64,000 bases of DNA from Geobacteraceae bacterium (GTDB taxonomy: Bacteria; Desulfobacterota; Desulfuromonadia; Geobacterales; DSM-12255). The notes under the pieces are model-generated. The model worked only from the letters and a program-made list of their open reading frames with translations, was not told the DNA's origin and made no database searches. Below are positions 39,979 to 48,544 of the stretch, piece after piece; within the stretch, counting starts at the first letter, position 1, and the number at the start of each line of letters is the position of its first letter. The DNA lies in the NCBI GenBank assembly GCA_041500085.1, contig JBGQLM010000003.1, positions 108 through 64,107 on the forward strand, given 5' to 3'. The translations under genes were made by a program, and so were the position numbers.

Positions 39979-41587
39979 TTTGTCAGGTTTCCGGTGGTGT
40001 TTTCCGGCCTTACTGCTGCTTGTTGTTTTCGCGGCAATTCCGCTCTTTTCCGCTTCCGCTGAATTTACTGGTGACGATTATTACTACGTTGCCAATAATC
40101 CTTTGGTTACTTCATCAGGAATCACCTCTCTTCCGGATATCTGGAAGAGGCCCATGAAAAACGAGTATTTCCCTGTTACGATAACCAGCTATGCATTCGA
40201 GTATATGCTCTGGGGGGATAACGTAAGGTTTTACCATCTAACAAATCTGATGATATTTGCCTGTATCGGTTTTGCTGCAAGATCCCTGGCGATCAGATTG
40301 GCTGAAGGTTGTTCAACCGGAATTGACCGCAAGAGAATATCCCTGCTAGCCGGTATTGCAACAATCCTGATGCTTTGTCATCCTTTGAACGTTGAGAGCA
40401 TGGCCTCAATCTCCAACCGTAAAGAGCTTCTCTATGTCCTTTTCTCGCTATTGTCTTTTCGCATGTATATTTCTACTTCAAGAAACGCCGGTACCGTTTT
40501 CGCTGCTGTCATCTTCATGGTATTTGCCCAGCTTTCAAAAGGCGCTGCAGTCATAGTTCCGACTCTATTTATTGCCTGTGAATTTCTTCCTTCCAGAAAG
40601 TCTGGCGGGTTGACACGCTTTGTGGTGCCTATTTTTTCATTCCTGCTCGCTTTCCTGATCTTCATCATTCAGTTCAGGGTTGCATTCAAGGCAGGAGTGA
40701 TCGAAAAAAATGCGAATACAGACTTTCTCTCCAGGATGGGAGGAGTCGTTAGCTCTCTTAATATGATGATTGAGAAATTTCTATTCCCGGTTAATCTTGC
40801 ATATGATTATGACCTTGCATGGCCAAATGGGTTCCCGGCTCTGACCGAATGGCTGCTTCCGCTTGCAGTTTTTGGCGGAATACTTTTACTGCTGCTCAAA
40901 AGAAAATATGATGCCTTCTTAGTTTCAATTATGATGCTGTTAACGCTTCTTCCCTACTTGAACATAATTCCGCTTCATCATAATGATTCTGGTCAGATGG
41001 TCTTTTATGATCACTACCTGCTTTTTGCGACGATGCTTTCCGCTGCTCTTTTAACAATTATAATAAGGGGATTCGAGGAGAGGTTACAGGCTGTTGCGGT
41101 TACATCTGCAATAATAATTTCCCTGGTGCTTTCAGGGTACAACTATTACCTGTGCAGATTCTGGAGCGACCGGGAAGCTCTTTACAGCAGAATCATTCAG
41201 GTTGCTCCCGGTCTCCCAAAGGGCTATCTATTTCTTGGAAAGGTATTGAATGAAAAAGGACGCCACCAGGAGGCCATTGCAGTCCTGGAAAAAATGTTTA
41301 CCCTGAAAAACTGGTTCCCGACTTATCTTGAGGCATATCGGGAGATTGGCAATGCGTATGCGTTCAGCGGCCATATGAAAGAGGCTGAAAGCGCCTATAG
41401 AATTCATCTGAATTATCTGCCGAAAGACAGAGGCTCGTTACAGAACCTTTCCTCTGCGCTGATGGAGCAGAAGAAATATGAAGAAGGCAAGTCAGTCATC
41501 CTTACATGGTTGTCTTATTATCCGGGGGATAATGATGCAAGGCATAATCTTATACTGTGTGAACAGATGATCAGGTTGAATAAATAA
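39962..41587 (+). CDS. multi-pass membrane protein with C-terminal TPR repeats (TMTC/PMT-like architecture)
   Basis: About ten hydrophobic helices are followed by TPR-like repeats (GYLFLGKVLNEKGRHQEAIAVLEK..., YREIGNAYAFSGHMKEAESAY...). The start is uncertain: TTG 39896 (track), GTG 39962 or TTG 39980. Confidence 0.6.
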   Translation: MIFKTDLSGFRWCFPALLLLVVFAAIPLFSASAEFTGDDYYYVANNPLVTSSGITSLPDIWKRPMKNEYFPVTITSYAFEYMLWGDNVRFYHLTNLMIFACIGFAARSLAIRLAEGCSTGIDRKRISLLAGIATILMLCHPLNVESMASISNRKELLYVLFSLLSFRMYISTSRNAGTVFAAVIFMVFAQLSKGAAVIVPTLFIACEFLPSRKSGGLTRFVVPIFSFLLAFLIFIIQFRVAFKAGVIEKNANTDFLSRMGGVVSSLNMMIEKFLFPVNLAYDYDLAWPNGFPALTEWLLPLAVFGGILLLLLKRKYDAFLVSIMMLLTLLPYLNIIPLHHNDSGQMVFYDHYLLFATMLSAALLTIIIRGFEERLQAVAVTSAIIISLVLSGYNYYLCRFWSDREALYSRIIQVAPGLPKGYLFLGKVLNEKGRHQEAIAVLEKMFTLKNWFPTYLEAYREIGNAYAFSGHMKEAESAYRIHLNYLPKDRGSLQNLSSALMEQKKYEEGKSVILTWLSYYPGDNDARHNLILCEQMIRLNK

Positions 41588-41625
41588 TGAATGTCGTTCA
41601 TTTTTGAGGTAGAGGGGATGACCAA

Positions 41626-42855
41626 GTGTCTGAGAATACACGCAGGCTGGAAAGAGTTCTCGAGTTTGAGAGCGAGATCTCAAAAGTAAGAGATATCGAT
41701 CTTCTTCTCGAGAAGATACTCGGTGAGGCACGTTGTTTTACAAATGCAGATGCCGGATCGATCTATATACGAGAGGGAGACTCGCTCAAATTCAGCTACA
41801 CCCAGAATGATACGCTTCAGTCGCAACTGCCCTCCGGCAAGAAACTGATTTATTCGACATTCTCGACCCCGATCAACAGTAATTCCATATCCGGTCATGT
41901 AGCGGTGACAGGGCAGCTTCTTAACATCCCGGACGCTTGGGAGATCTCTCTGGAAGCTCCGTACTCTTTCAACAGAAGCTATGACGAACTTTCGGGATAC
42001 CGGACCCGCTCCATGCTGACTATTCCGCTGACTGCACAGCGAGGTGATGTTGCCGGAGTTCTTCAGCTGATAAATGCAAAGGATGAAAAAGGCCAGGTTA
42101 TCCCTTTCCCCGAGTCAGGAATGCCGGTGCTGGCGCATCTGGCCAATGCCGCAGCAAACGCCGTGGAGCGGGCAAAGCTGACCCGCGGCATCATCATGCG
42201 GATGAACAAGATGGCGGAACTTCGTGACCCGAAAGAGACAGGACCCCATGTGAACAGGGTTGCCTCATATTCGGTTGCTCTTTACGAGGCATGGGCAAAC
42301 GTAATGGGAATCTCGCCGATCGAGATTGACAGAAACCGGGACTTACTCCGGCTTGCTGCGATGCTTCACGATGTCGGCAAAGTGGCGATTTCGGATGTAA
42401 TACTCAAAAAGCCGGGAAGATTTACCCCCGAGGAGTATGAAATCATGAAGCAGCATACCCTTTTCGGTGCAAGGCTTTTTGGAGAGGCGTATTCCGATAT
42501 TGATGATACTGCTTTGGATGTGACGCTTAACCACCATGAGAGGTGGGACGGTAACGGGTATCCCGGCCATCTCGATCCTCTCACCGGAATCACTTTGCCC
42601 GGTTATGAAGATGCTGATGGCAGAGCCAGGGGGAAAAAAGGCGAAGAGATACCATTATTCGGGCGCATAGTTGCTATTGCAGATGTATATGACGCCCTTT
42701 CAAACAAGAGGTGTTACAAGGAGGCTTGGGATGCTGATGCCGTGACCGAAGAGTTGAGGAACGAGTCAGGCAGGATGTTTGATCCCGTTCTTCTGGAAAT
42801 TTTTTTGCAGAACATGGAAACAATTCAGCATATCTCTTCTCTTTATCCGGACTGA
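41626..42855 (+). CDS. GAF domain + HD-GYP domain protein (probable c-di-GMP phosphodiesterase)
   Basis: 409 aa with a GTG start. An N-terminal GAF-like domain is followed by the HD-GYP signatures AAMLHDVGK and HHERWDGNGYPG. Confidence 0.85.
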   Translation: MSENTRRLERVLEFESEISKVRDIDLLLEKILGEARCFTNADAGSIYIREGDSLKFSYTQNDTLQSQLPSGKKLIYSTFSTPINSNSISGHVAVTGQLLNIPDAWEISLEAPYSFNRSYDELSGYRTRSMLTIPLTAQRGDVAGVLQLINAKDEKGQVIPFPESGMPVLAHLANAAANAVERAKLTRGIIMRMNKMAELRDPKETGPHVNRVASYSVALYEAWANVMGISPIEIDRNRDLLRLAAMLHDVGKVAISDVILKKPGRFTPEEYEIMKQHTLFGARLFGEAYSDIDDTALDVTLNHHERWDGNGYPGHLDPLTGITLPGYEDADGRARGKKGEEIPLFGRIVAIADVYDALSNKRCYKEAWDADAVTEELRNESGRMFDPVLLEIFLQNMETIQHISSLYPD

Positions 42856-42950
42856 AACGGCATTGATGCCATGAAGTCCCGATTCTGCTTGAGTAAAAAG
42901 CCACTTTCATATTATTATTGACAGATTGAACTGAGATTTACGGAGAAATT

Positions 42951-44021
42951 ATGAGCGAAGAGTTCATTCCGAAGTGGATTGCCTGGGAAACCACCCAGAA
43001 ATGCAATCTTAAGTGTGTTCACTGCCGCTGCTCGTCTGACATGCTCTCATCTGAAGGGGATTTCAGTACCGAAGAGGGTAAAAAACTTCTCAAGGAAATA
43101 TCCGACTATTCCAAGCCGGTAGTAGTTCTTTCAGGGGGAGAGCCGCTGCTGCGCCCGGACATATTCGAACTGGCCGAGTACGGGACTTCACTCGGTCTGC
43201 GTATCTGTATGGCAACGAACGGCGCGCTGGTGAATGACGAAGTCTGCGAGAAGATGAAAAAGGCTGATATCAAGATGGTCTCTCTTTCACTTGATGGTTC
43301 TACGGCAGCGGTTCATGACGACTTCAGGGGGTGCACCGGCGCTTTTCAGGGGGTCGTGAATGCAGCCGGATACTTCCGCAAGCATGGCCAGAAATTCCTG
43401 ATCAACTCCTCGTTCACGAAACGGAACCAGTCCGATATTGCAAACACCTTCAAGGTTGCCAAGTCTCTCGGCGCGACTGCCTGGTATATGTTCATGATCG
43501 TCCCTACCGGTCGCGGCGAGGAGATCATGAGCGAACTGATCAGTAAAGAGGATTACGAGGAGATTCTTGACTGGCACTACCAGCAGGAAAAGCTGGAAGA
43601 TGATATCCTGATGCGCCCTACCTGCGCTCCCCACTATTACCGTATTGTTCCGCAGAAGGCAAAGGCTGAAGGGGTCAAGTTCGAGCGGCGTTCGCTCACC
43701 TTTTCGACCGGCGGGGGAAAGGGATGCATAGCTGCACAAACGATCTGCCTCATAGACTGTTTCGGCAACGTCAAGCCCTGCTCATATTTTCACAGGACTG
43801 CGGGAAATGTGAAGACGACGCCATTCCGGGAAATCTGGGAGAATTCTGAAATATTCAAGGACCTCCGCAACTTCAAGGCTTACAAGGGGAAGTGCGGAGA
43901 GTGCGAATACATAAACGTCTGCGGCGGCTGCAGGGCCAGGGCTGATGCGGTTTACGGGGATTATATGGCGGAAGAACCTTTCTGTAATTACGTTCCAATA
44001 AGGACTCAAAAAAAATCATAA
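42951..44021 (+). CDS. radical SAM / SPASM-domain protein, AhbD/NirJ-like
   Basis: 356 aa with CNLKCVHC (CxxxCxxC), SGGEPLL, and a C-terminal Cys-rich SPASM-like region ([19 protein letters not shown]...[17 protein letters not shown]). It lies 20 nt upstream of hemE. Confidence 0.7.
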   Translation: MSEEFIPKWIAWETTQKCNLKCVHCRCSSDMLSSEGDFSTEEGKKLLKEISDYSKPVVVLSGGEPLLRPDIFELAEYGTSLGLRICMATNGALVNDEVCEKMKKADIKMVSLSLDGSTAAVHDDFRGCTGAFQGVVNAAGYFRKHGQKFLINSSFTKRNQSDIANTFKVAKSLGATAWYMFMIVPTGRGEEIMSELISKEDYEEILDWHYQQEKLEDDILMRPTCAPHYYRIVPQKAKAEGVKFERRSLTFSTGGGKGCIAAQTICLIDCFGNVKPCSYFHRTAGNVKTTPFREIWENSEIFKDLRNFKAYKGKCGECEYINVCGGCRARADAVYGDYMAEEPFCNYVPIRTQKKS

Positions 44022-44041
44022 ATTCCTGAGGAGGATTTTGC

Positions 44042-45064
44042 ATGAACACACGTTTTCTCGATGCCTGCTGGGGCAAACCGGTCGACCGGACACCGGTATG
44101 GCTTATGAGGCAGGCAGGTCGTTATCTTCCCGACTATATGCTGGTCCGCTCAAAGTGCACTTTTCTTGAACTCTGCAAAACTCCTGAGCTTGCGGCAGAG
44201 GTTTCGATCCAGCCGGTTGACATCCTCGGGGTCGATGCTGCTATTATGTTTTCCGACATTCTGACTCCGGTCGAGCCGATGGGAATGAAGCTTGACTTCG
44301 TGCCTGGTCCGGTATTCGAGCATCCCATCCGGACAATGGCGGATGTTGATGCTCTCAGGATCCCGAACCCGGAAGAAGATGTGCCGTATGTGCTTGATAC
44401 GATCAAGATACTCCGTCGTGAACTTGCATCCAAGGTTCCTCTCATCGGATTCGGCGGCGCGCCGTTTACCCTTGCCTGCTACATGGTGGAGGGCAAGGGA
44501 TCGAAAGACTGGGCAACCATAAAGCGGATGATGTATGCCGCTCCTGATGTCTATGCCGCACTGATGGAAAAGGTGACGATGATGGATATGGAGTATCTTA
44601 ATGCCCAGATCAAGGCGGGTGCTCAGGCGATCCAGATTTTCGATACCTGGGGCGGGGTCCTTTCGCCGACCGATTACGAGAAATATGTCCTGCCATATAC
44701 CACGAAGCTTATAAACGGCCTTAACCGCCAGAACGTACCGGTCATCCACTTTGTGAAGGGTGCAGGAGCAATGTACAGTGTTGTCAAGAAGGCCGGCGGT
44801 GATGTCATGGGCCTGGACTGGCATGTTAACCTAGGGACTGCAAGAGATACTCTGGGACCGGAGTTTGCGGTGCAGGGAAATCTTGATCCGACCGTCCTCT
44901 ATGCACCGAAAGATGTCATAGAGCGCGAAGTCAAGCGGGTTCTGGACGAGAATGCGGGCAGAACGGGGCATATTTTCAACCTTGGTCACGGGATTCTGCC
45001 GACTGTCCCGCCTGAAAACGCGATTCACATGGTAGAGTGTGTTCACAGGTTGTCGCAAAAATAA
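44042..45064 (+). CDS. hemE: uroporphyrinogen decarboxylase
   Basis: 340 aa with RTPVWLMRQAGRYLPDY and FDTWGG. Confidence 0.92.
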   Translation: MNTRFLDACWGKPVDRTPVWLMRQAGRYLPDYMLVRSKCTFLELCKTPELAAEVSIQPVDILGVDAAIMFSDILTPVEPMGMKLDFVPGPVFEHPIRTMADVDALRIPNPEEDVPYVLDTIKILRRELASKVPLIGFGGAPFTLACYMVEGKGSKDWATIKRMMYAAPDVYAALMEKVTMMDMEYLNAQIKAGAQAIQIFDTWGGVLSPTDYEKYVLPYTTKLINGLNRQNVPVIHFVKGAGAMYSVVKKAGGDVMGLDWHVNLGTARDTLGPEFAVQGNLDPTVLYAPKDVIEREVKRVLDENAGRTGHIFNLGHGILPTVPPENAIHMVECVHRLSQK

Positions 45065-45069
45065 ATGTT

Positions 45070-45273
45070 ATGAGTGATAATCTCACCGATCTTGAAATTC
45101 AGCTGACGCATCAACAGCATCAGGTTGAAGAGCTTAACGAGCTGGTCTACCGCCAGCAGCAGCAGATTGCGGCGCTCACCTCAGAGTTGCGCCAGATCAA
45201 GGAACAGTTGCAGATTGTGCTCCCTTCGCTTGTCAAGGAGACGGAGGAAGAGACCCCCCCTCCTCACTACTGA
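45070..45273 (+). CDS. slyX: SlyX family coiled-coil protein
   Basis: I moved the start to ATG 45070 (67 aa). LEIQLTHQQHQVEELNELVYRQQQQIAALTSELRQI matches the SlyX pattern. Confidence 0.7.
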   Translation: MSDNLTDLEIQLTHQQHQVEELNELVYRQQQQIAALTSELRQIKEQLQIVLPSLVKETEEETPPPHY

Positions 45274-45290
45274 AATGTCGCTGAAATGAA

Positions 45291-45322
45291 AGACCCGCCA
45301 ACTGTCGGCGGGTCTCTTTATT
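45291..45322 (+). terminator. intrinsic terminator after slyX
   Basis: AGACCCGCC-aactgtc-GGCGGGTCT followed by CTTTATTT. Confidence 0.75.
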
Positions 45323-45593
45323 TCAGCTCTTTGCCCCCTTTTCAAGGGTCATTCCGGTAAGTGCTGAACCGGACGGTAAAACCTGTATGTATTTAATATG
45401 CCTGGTGGATTATCGTCGATAGAGCTGCCCTCCTTTGTTTGACAGCATTTATCTTCTTATGGTTTATAATATACCGCTAATAAACAATATTTCCAGTCTA
45501 TCAATTAATATTTTCTGCACGTATACTGAAATGCTCAATACGGGCGCTGTTCAGTGTCCTTGTCCTTTTATAATTCGTTCCCCTATTAGATGT

Positions 45594-46100
45594 TTACCTG
45601 TAGCTCTTTCGTCTGAACAATCCTGTTTTGAGAGACAGGATTCGATCGAGAAAGAGGATCCCGTCAAGATGATCCATTTCGTGCTGAATCGCAACGGCTT
45701 CAAAGCCGCTCGCCTCGACAGCCTGAATCTTCCCTTCCTGATTCATATACTCGACAGTGATTAGAGTTGCCCTCTCGACGTCACCGGTGTAATCGGGAAC
45801 GCTCATGCATCCTTCACGCATTATTGAACTGCCGGATGAGGACAGTATCTCGGGATTCAGCATGACGAGAAGGCCATGGTTGTTATCCTTGCCATGCCTG
45901 CTTTCCGAAACATCGACAACGCACGCACAGAGAGACACTCCTATCTGCGGGGCCGCTACACCGACCGATCCCGGTCCTGCTTTCATGGTGTCGATCAGGT
46001 CTGTTATCAGCCCTAGAATCTGCGCATCAACTACCTCCACTCTGTGCGAACGTTTCTTCAGCAAGGGGTGAGGGAATGTAAGTATTTTTTGAGAGGGCAT
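45594..46100 (-). CDS. def: peptide deformylase
   Basis: 168 aa with GVAAPQIG, EGCMSVP and QHEMDHL. Confidence 0.9.
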   Translation of the reverse strand: MPSQKILTFPHPLLKKRSHRVEVVDAQILGLITDLIDTMKAGPGSVGVAAPQIGVSLCACVVDVSESRHGKDNNHGLLVMLNPEILSSSGSSIMREGCMSVPDYTGDVERATLITVEYMNQEGKIQAVEASGFEAVAIQHEMDHLDGILFLDRILSLKTGLFRRKSYR

Positions 46101-46127
46101 CTATTGGTTATCCGCTAACGGGCTCAA

Positions 46128-46694
46128 TTACAGGGAGACCGGAGTTATCGCTCGAACGCCGATTTCAACTGCCAGCTTTTTGCGTAGAGGATCAAGCAAC
46201 TCTGAAGTGGCTTCTATTGATAAACCCTGAGGGAGTATCGCTTCGAGCATAAGAACATAGACTGGCTCTTCCTTGGTTCCGATCAGTTTTGTGTTCAAAT
46301 CCGTTATGTTTACCTTATGGTCGGCAAGAGCCCGGGTTACCATATAGACGATTCCTGGCTGATCTGAGCCGTAAACGGAGATGAGGCAGAGATCTCCTTC
46401 GTCCTTGACTGGATAGAGCTCATTCTCATGGAGTGTCCTCAAGTGAACTACAAGTCCGGTCCGCTCTTGAAGAGTCTTGAATTCGTCACTTAAACTTGCT
46501 TTCGTAAAGGGCTTCTCGTGAGTGACAATAAGTATCATCGCGAAATCCCCTCCGAGCATCGTGCAGCTGGAGTCCTCGATATTGCATCCGAGATTGAAAA
46601 GCACCTCGGTAGTGTCTGCGACTATCCCGGGCCTGTCCTTGCTTATGATTGTAACGGCAAAATGTGCCAGATTCTCAGGATTACGTTTGCTCAT
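46128..46694 (-). CDS. tandem ACT-domain protein (GcvR-like)
   Basis: I prefer the start at ATG 46694 because it avoids overlap with the upstream kinase. There are two ACT-like halves (ISKDRPGIVADTTEVLFNLGCNI and VYGSDQPGIVYMVTRALADHKVNI). Confidence 0.7.
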   Translation of the reverse strand: MSKRNPENLAHFAVTIISKDRPGIVADTTEVLFNLGCNIEDSSCTMLGGDFAMILIVTHEKPFTKASLSDEFKTLQERTGLVVHLRTLHENELYPVKDEGDLCLISVYGSDQPGIVYMVTRALADHKVNITDLNTKLIGTKEEPVYVLMLEAILPQGLSIEATSELLDPLRKKLAVEIGVRAITPVSL

Positions 46695-46704
46695 GCGATC
46701 TCCA

Positions 46705-48504
46705 TTAGGCATCAAGGCTTATGATAGTAAAGTAGAAGACGGCTCCATTGCCTGGGGTGCTCTCCGCCCACAGCTTCCCGCCATGCCTTTGAATAATCCT
46801 CATTACTGTGGCCAGCCCTATACCGGTCCCTTCGAACTCTTCGGGGCTGTGAAGCCGTTGGAACGGGGCAAAAAGCTTTTCCGAGTATGACATGTCAAAA
46901 CCGCACCCGTTATCTTTCACAAAAAAGCAGCGCGTCTCGTTTATTACAGTCTCGCCGATCTCAATTTTAGGGGAAGGGCATTTTCTGGTAAATTTCCATG
47001 CATTGCCGATAAGGTTCTGCAGCACGATCCTGAGAAGTGTCGGATCGGCATAAGTCGTAAGACCTTCCGCTATAACCGTTTTGACGCTTCTGCCAGACTC
47101 GGCTTCTGCAAGATCAGTAACAATGGTTTTACTCAAGAAGGAGATGTTTACAATGATACGGGTTATCTCCTGGCGGTTAAGCTTCGAGAGGTCAAGAAGG
47201 TGAATGATCATCTCCTTCATATTCTCCCCTGCCCGGTTTATTCGCTGAAGATGACCCATGCATTCAGGTGAAAGCTCCTTTGCATGTTCTTCCAGCAGTA
47301 TCCGTGTAAAAGCCAGAATATGACGGACCGGCGCATGGAGGTCATGTGAAACCGCAGACGAGAATGCTTCGAGTTCGTTTTTGGAGTTAAGGAGTTCGGC
47401 AGTTCTGATCTGAACTTTTCTTTCGAGGGATTCGGTGAGAGCTTTTATTTCGTGCAGGTGCTTTCCTCGCTCGGCAGTCATCCGGTTGAAGGCGTCGCTT
47501 GCCTGGGCTATTTCGTCATTCCCCGGAATGGTGAGGTGACAGTTGTAGTTGCCGGCGGCAACTTCATTAAGGCCGTTGACGATGGTTTCTATTCTGCCAC
47601 CCAGCCTGCGACTCAACCATATGGACGATAGACCGCCGGTGAGACATATCAGGATGAAAAAAATGAGGTGGCTGAAAGCTCCAAGGTTTGCTTCCTTGTA
47701 TACCGTGCTTGACGGTATCCCTACCAGTACCTTCCAGCCGGTGGTGCTGACCGTGGCATGGCTGTAAAAGCATTCCGTCCCGGTCTGATCGGTGTCAACA
47801 AGAGAACCTGTCAGCCTTTTTGAAATCTTTTTCAAAAGAGATTCCTGTTTGAAAGGTGTACCGACTGCCCCATTGTTGTTGGAGTCGATAAGAATTGTCC
47901 CTTTGTTGTCGATCAGGAAGAAATAGGTACTAGTATCGATCTTCTCCAATTCGGTCAGGTGCTCCTTTAGCTTCAACAGGTTTACGGGGAATCCGAGGAC
48001 CGATTTCTGGCTGCCGGAACTGTCGAAGACCGGCATGGTTATCATGAAGACCGGATTTTTTAAAAGTTTTGAGCTATACAGGTCTGAGACATACGAAACC
48101 CCTTTGCTCCCCCGTTTGAACCACTCCCTGTCCAGATAGTCAAAATTGTGAGCAGTTTTCGGGTCAAGGCCGCTACCGAAATTTCTCCCATTCATGTCAG
48201 CCACCAGGATATTCTCGTGAGCCGGATACAGGGGGAGAAGCTGACTGAAGATTTCATCACACTTCCTGGAATCGTGGTTTATGATTGCCGGATGCAGGGC
48301 CAGGGAGTAGAGAACGCTTTGTGAACTGTTGATAAAATCCGCCACCTTTTCGGCAGTTTCTTCGGCGACGGACAGATTTCTCGTAATGGTGCTGTTTTTG
48401 TTGTCGTTTACGGCATTGTGATAATGGATTATTGCATAAAGCAGGAATGGAAGCGCTGACAGGAGGGTAATGCCGATGAATTTGTAGCGTAGGCCAATTT
48501 TCAT
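46705..48504 (-). CDS. sensor histidine kinase (Cache-like sensor-HAMP-HisKA-HATPase)
   Basis: I moved the start to ATG 48504, which has a GGAG SD (the track start at 48528 is a TTG). H-box FSSAVSHDLHAPVRHI, N-box NLIGNAWKF, G-box GTGIGLATVMRI. Confidence 0.82.
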   Translation of the reverse strand: MKIGLRYKFIGITLLSALPFLLYAIIHYHNAVNDNKNSTITRNLSVAEETAEKVADFINSSQSVLYSLALHPAIINHDSRKCDEIFSQLLPLYPAHENILVADMNGRNFGSGLDPKTAHNFDYLDREWFKRGSKGVSYVSDLYSSKLLKNPVFMITMPVFDSSGSQKSVLGFPVNLLKLKEHLTELEKIDTSTYFFLIDNKGTILIDSNNNGAVGTPFKQESLLKKISKRLTGSLVDTDQTGTECFYSHATVSTTGWKVLVGIPSSTVYKEANLGAFSHLIFFILICLTGGLSSIWLSRRLGGRIETIVNGLNEVAAGNYNCHLTIPGNDEIAQASDAFNRMTAERGKHLHEIKALTESLERKVQIRTAELLNSKNELEAFSSAVSHDLHAPVRHILAFTRILLEEHAKELSPECMGHLQRINRAGENMKEMIIHLLDLSKLNRQEITRIIVNISFLSKTIVTDLAEAESGRSVKTVIAEGLTTYADPTLLRIVLQNLIGNAWKFTRKCPSPKIEIGETVINETRCFFVKDNGCGFDMSYSEKLFAPFQRLHSPEEFEGTGIGLATVMRIIQRHGGKLWAESTPGNGAVFYFTIISLDA

Positions 48505-48544
48505 ACGGGCTCCGTAATATGGTCGCAATTACCGATGCATGCCG

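Noticed and set aside
44150-44824. 224-aa minus-strand ORF
   Set aside because: It is antisense to hemE, which has unmistakable motifs. It is His/Arg-rich shadow-frame sequence.
45435-45764. 109-aa plus-strand ORF and the promoter-like TTGACA...TATAAT at about 45439-45470
   Set aside because: The ORF runs antisense into def. By my count the -35/-10 spacing is about 20 nt, which is too long, and no plus-strand gene follows. A small RNA cannot be excluded, but I see no supporting structure.
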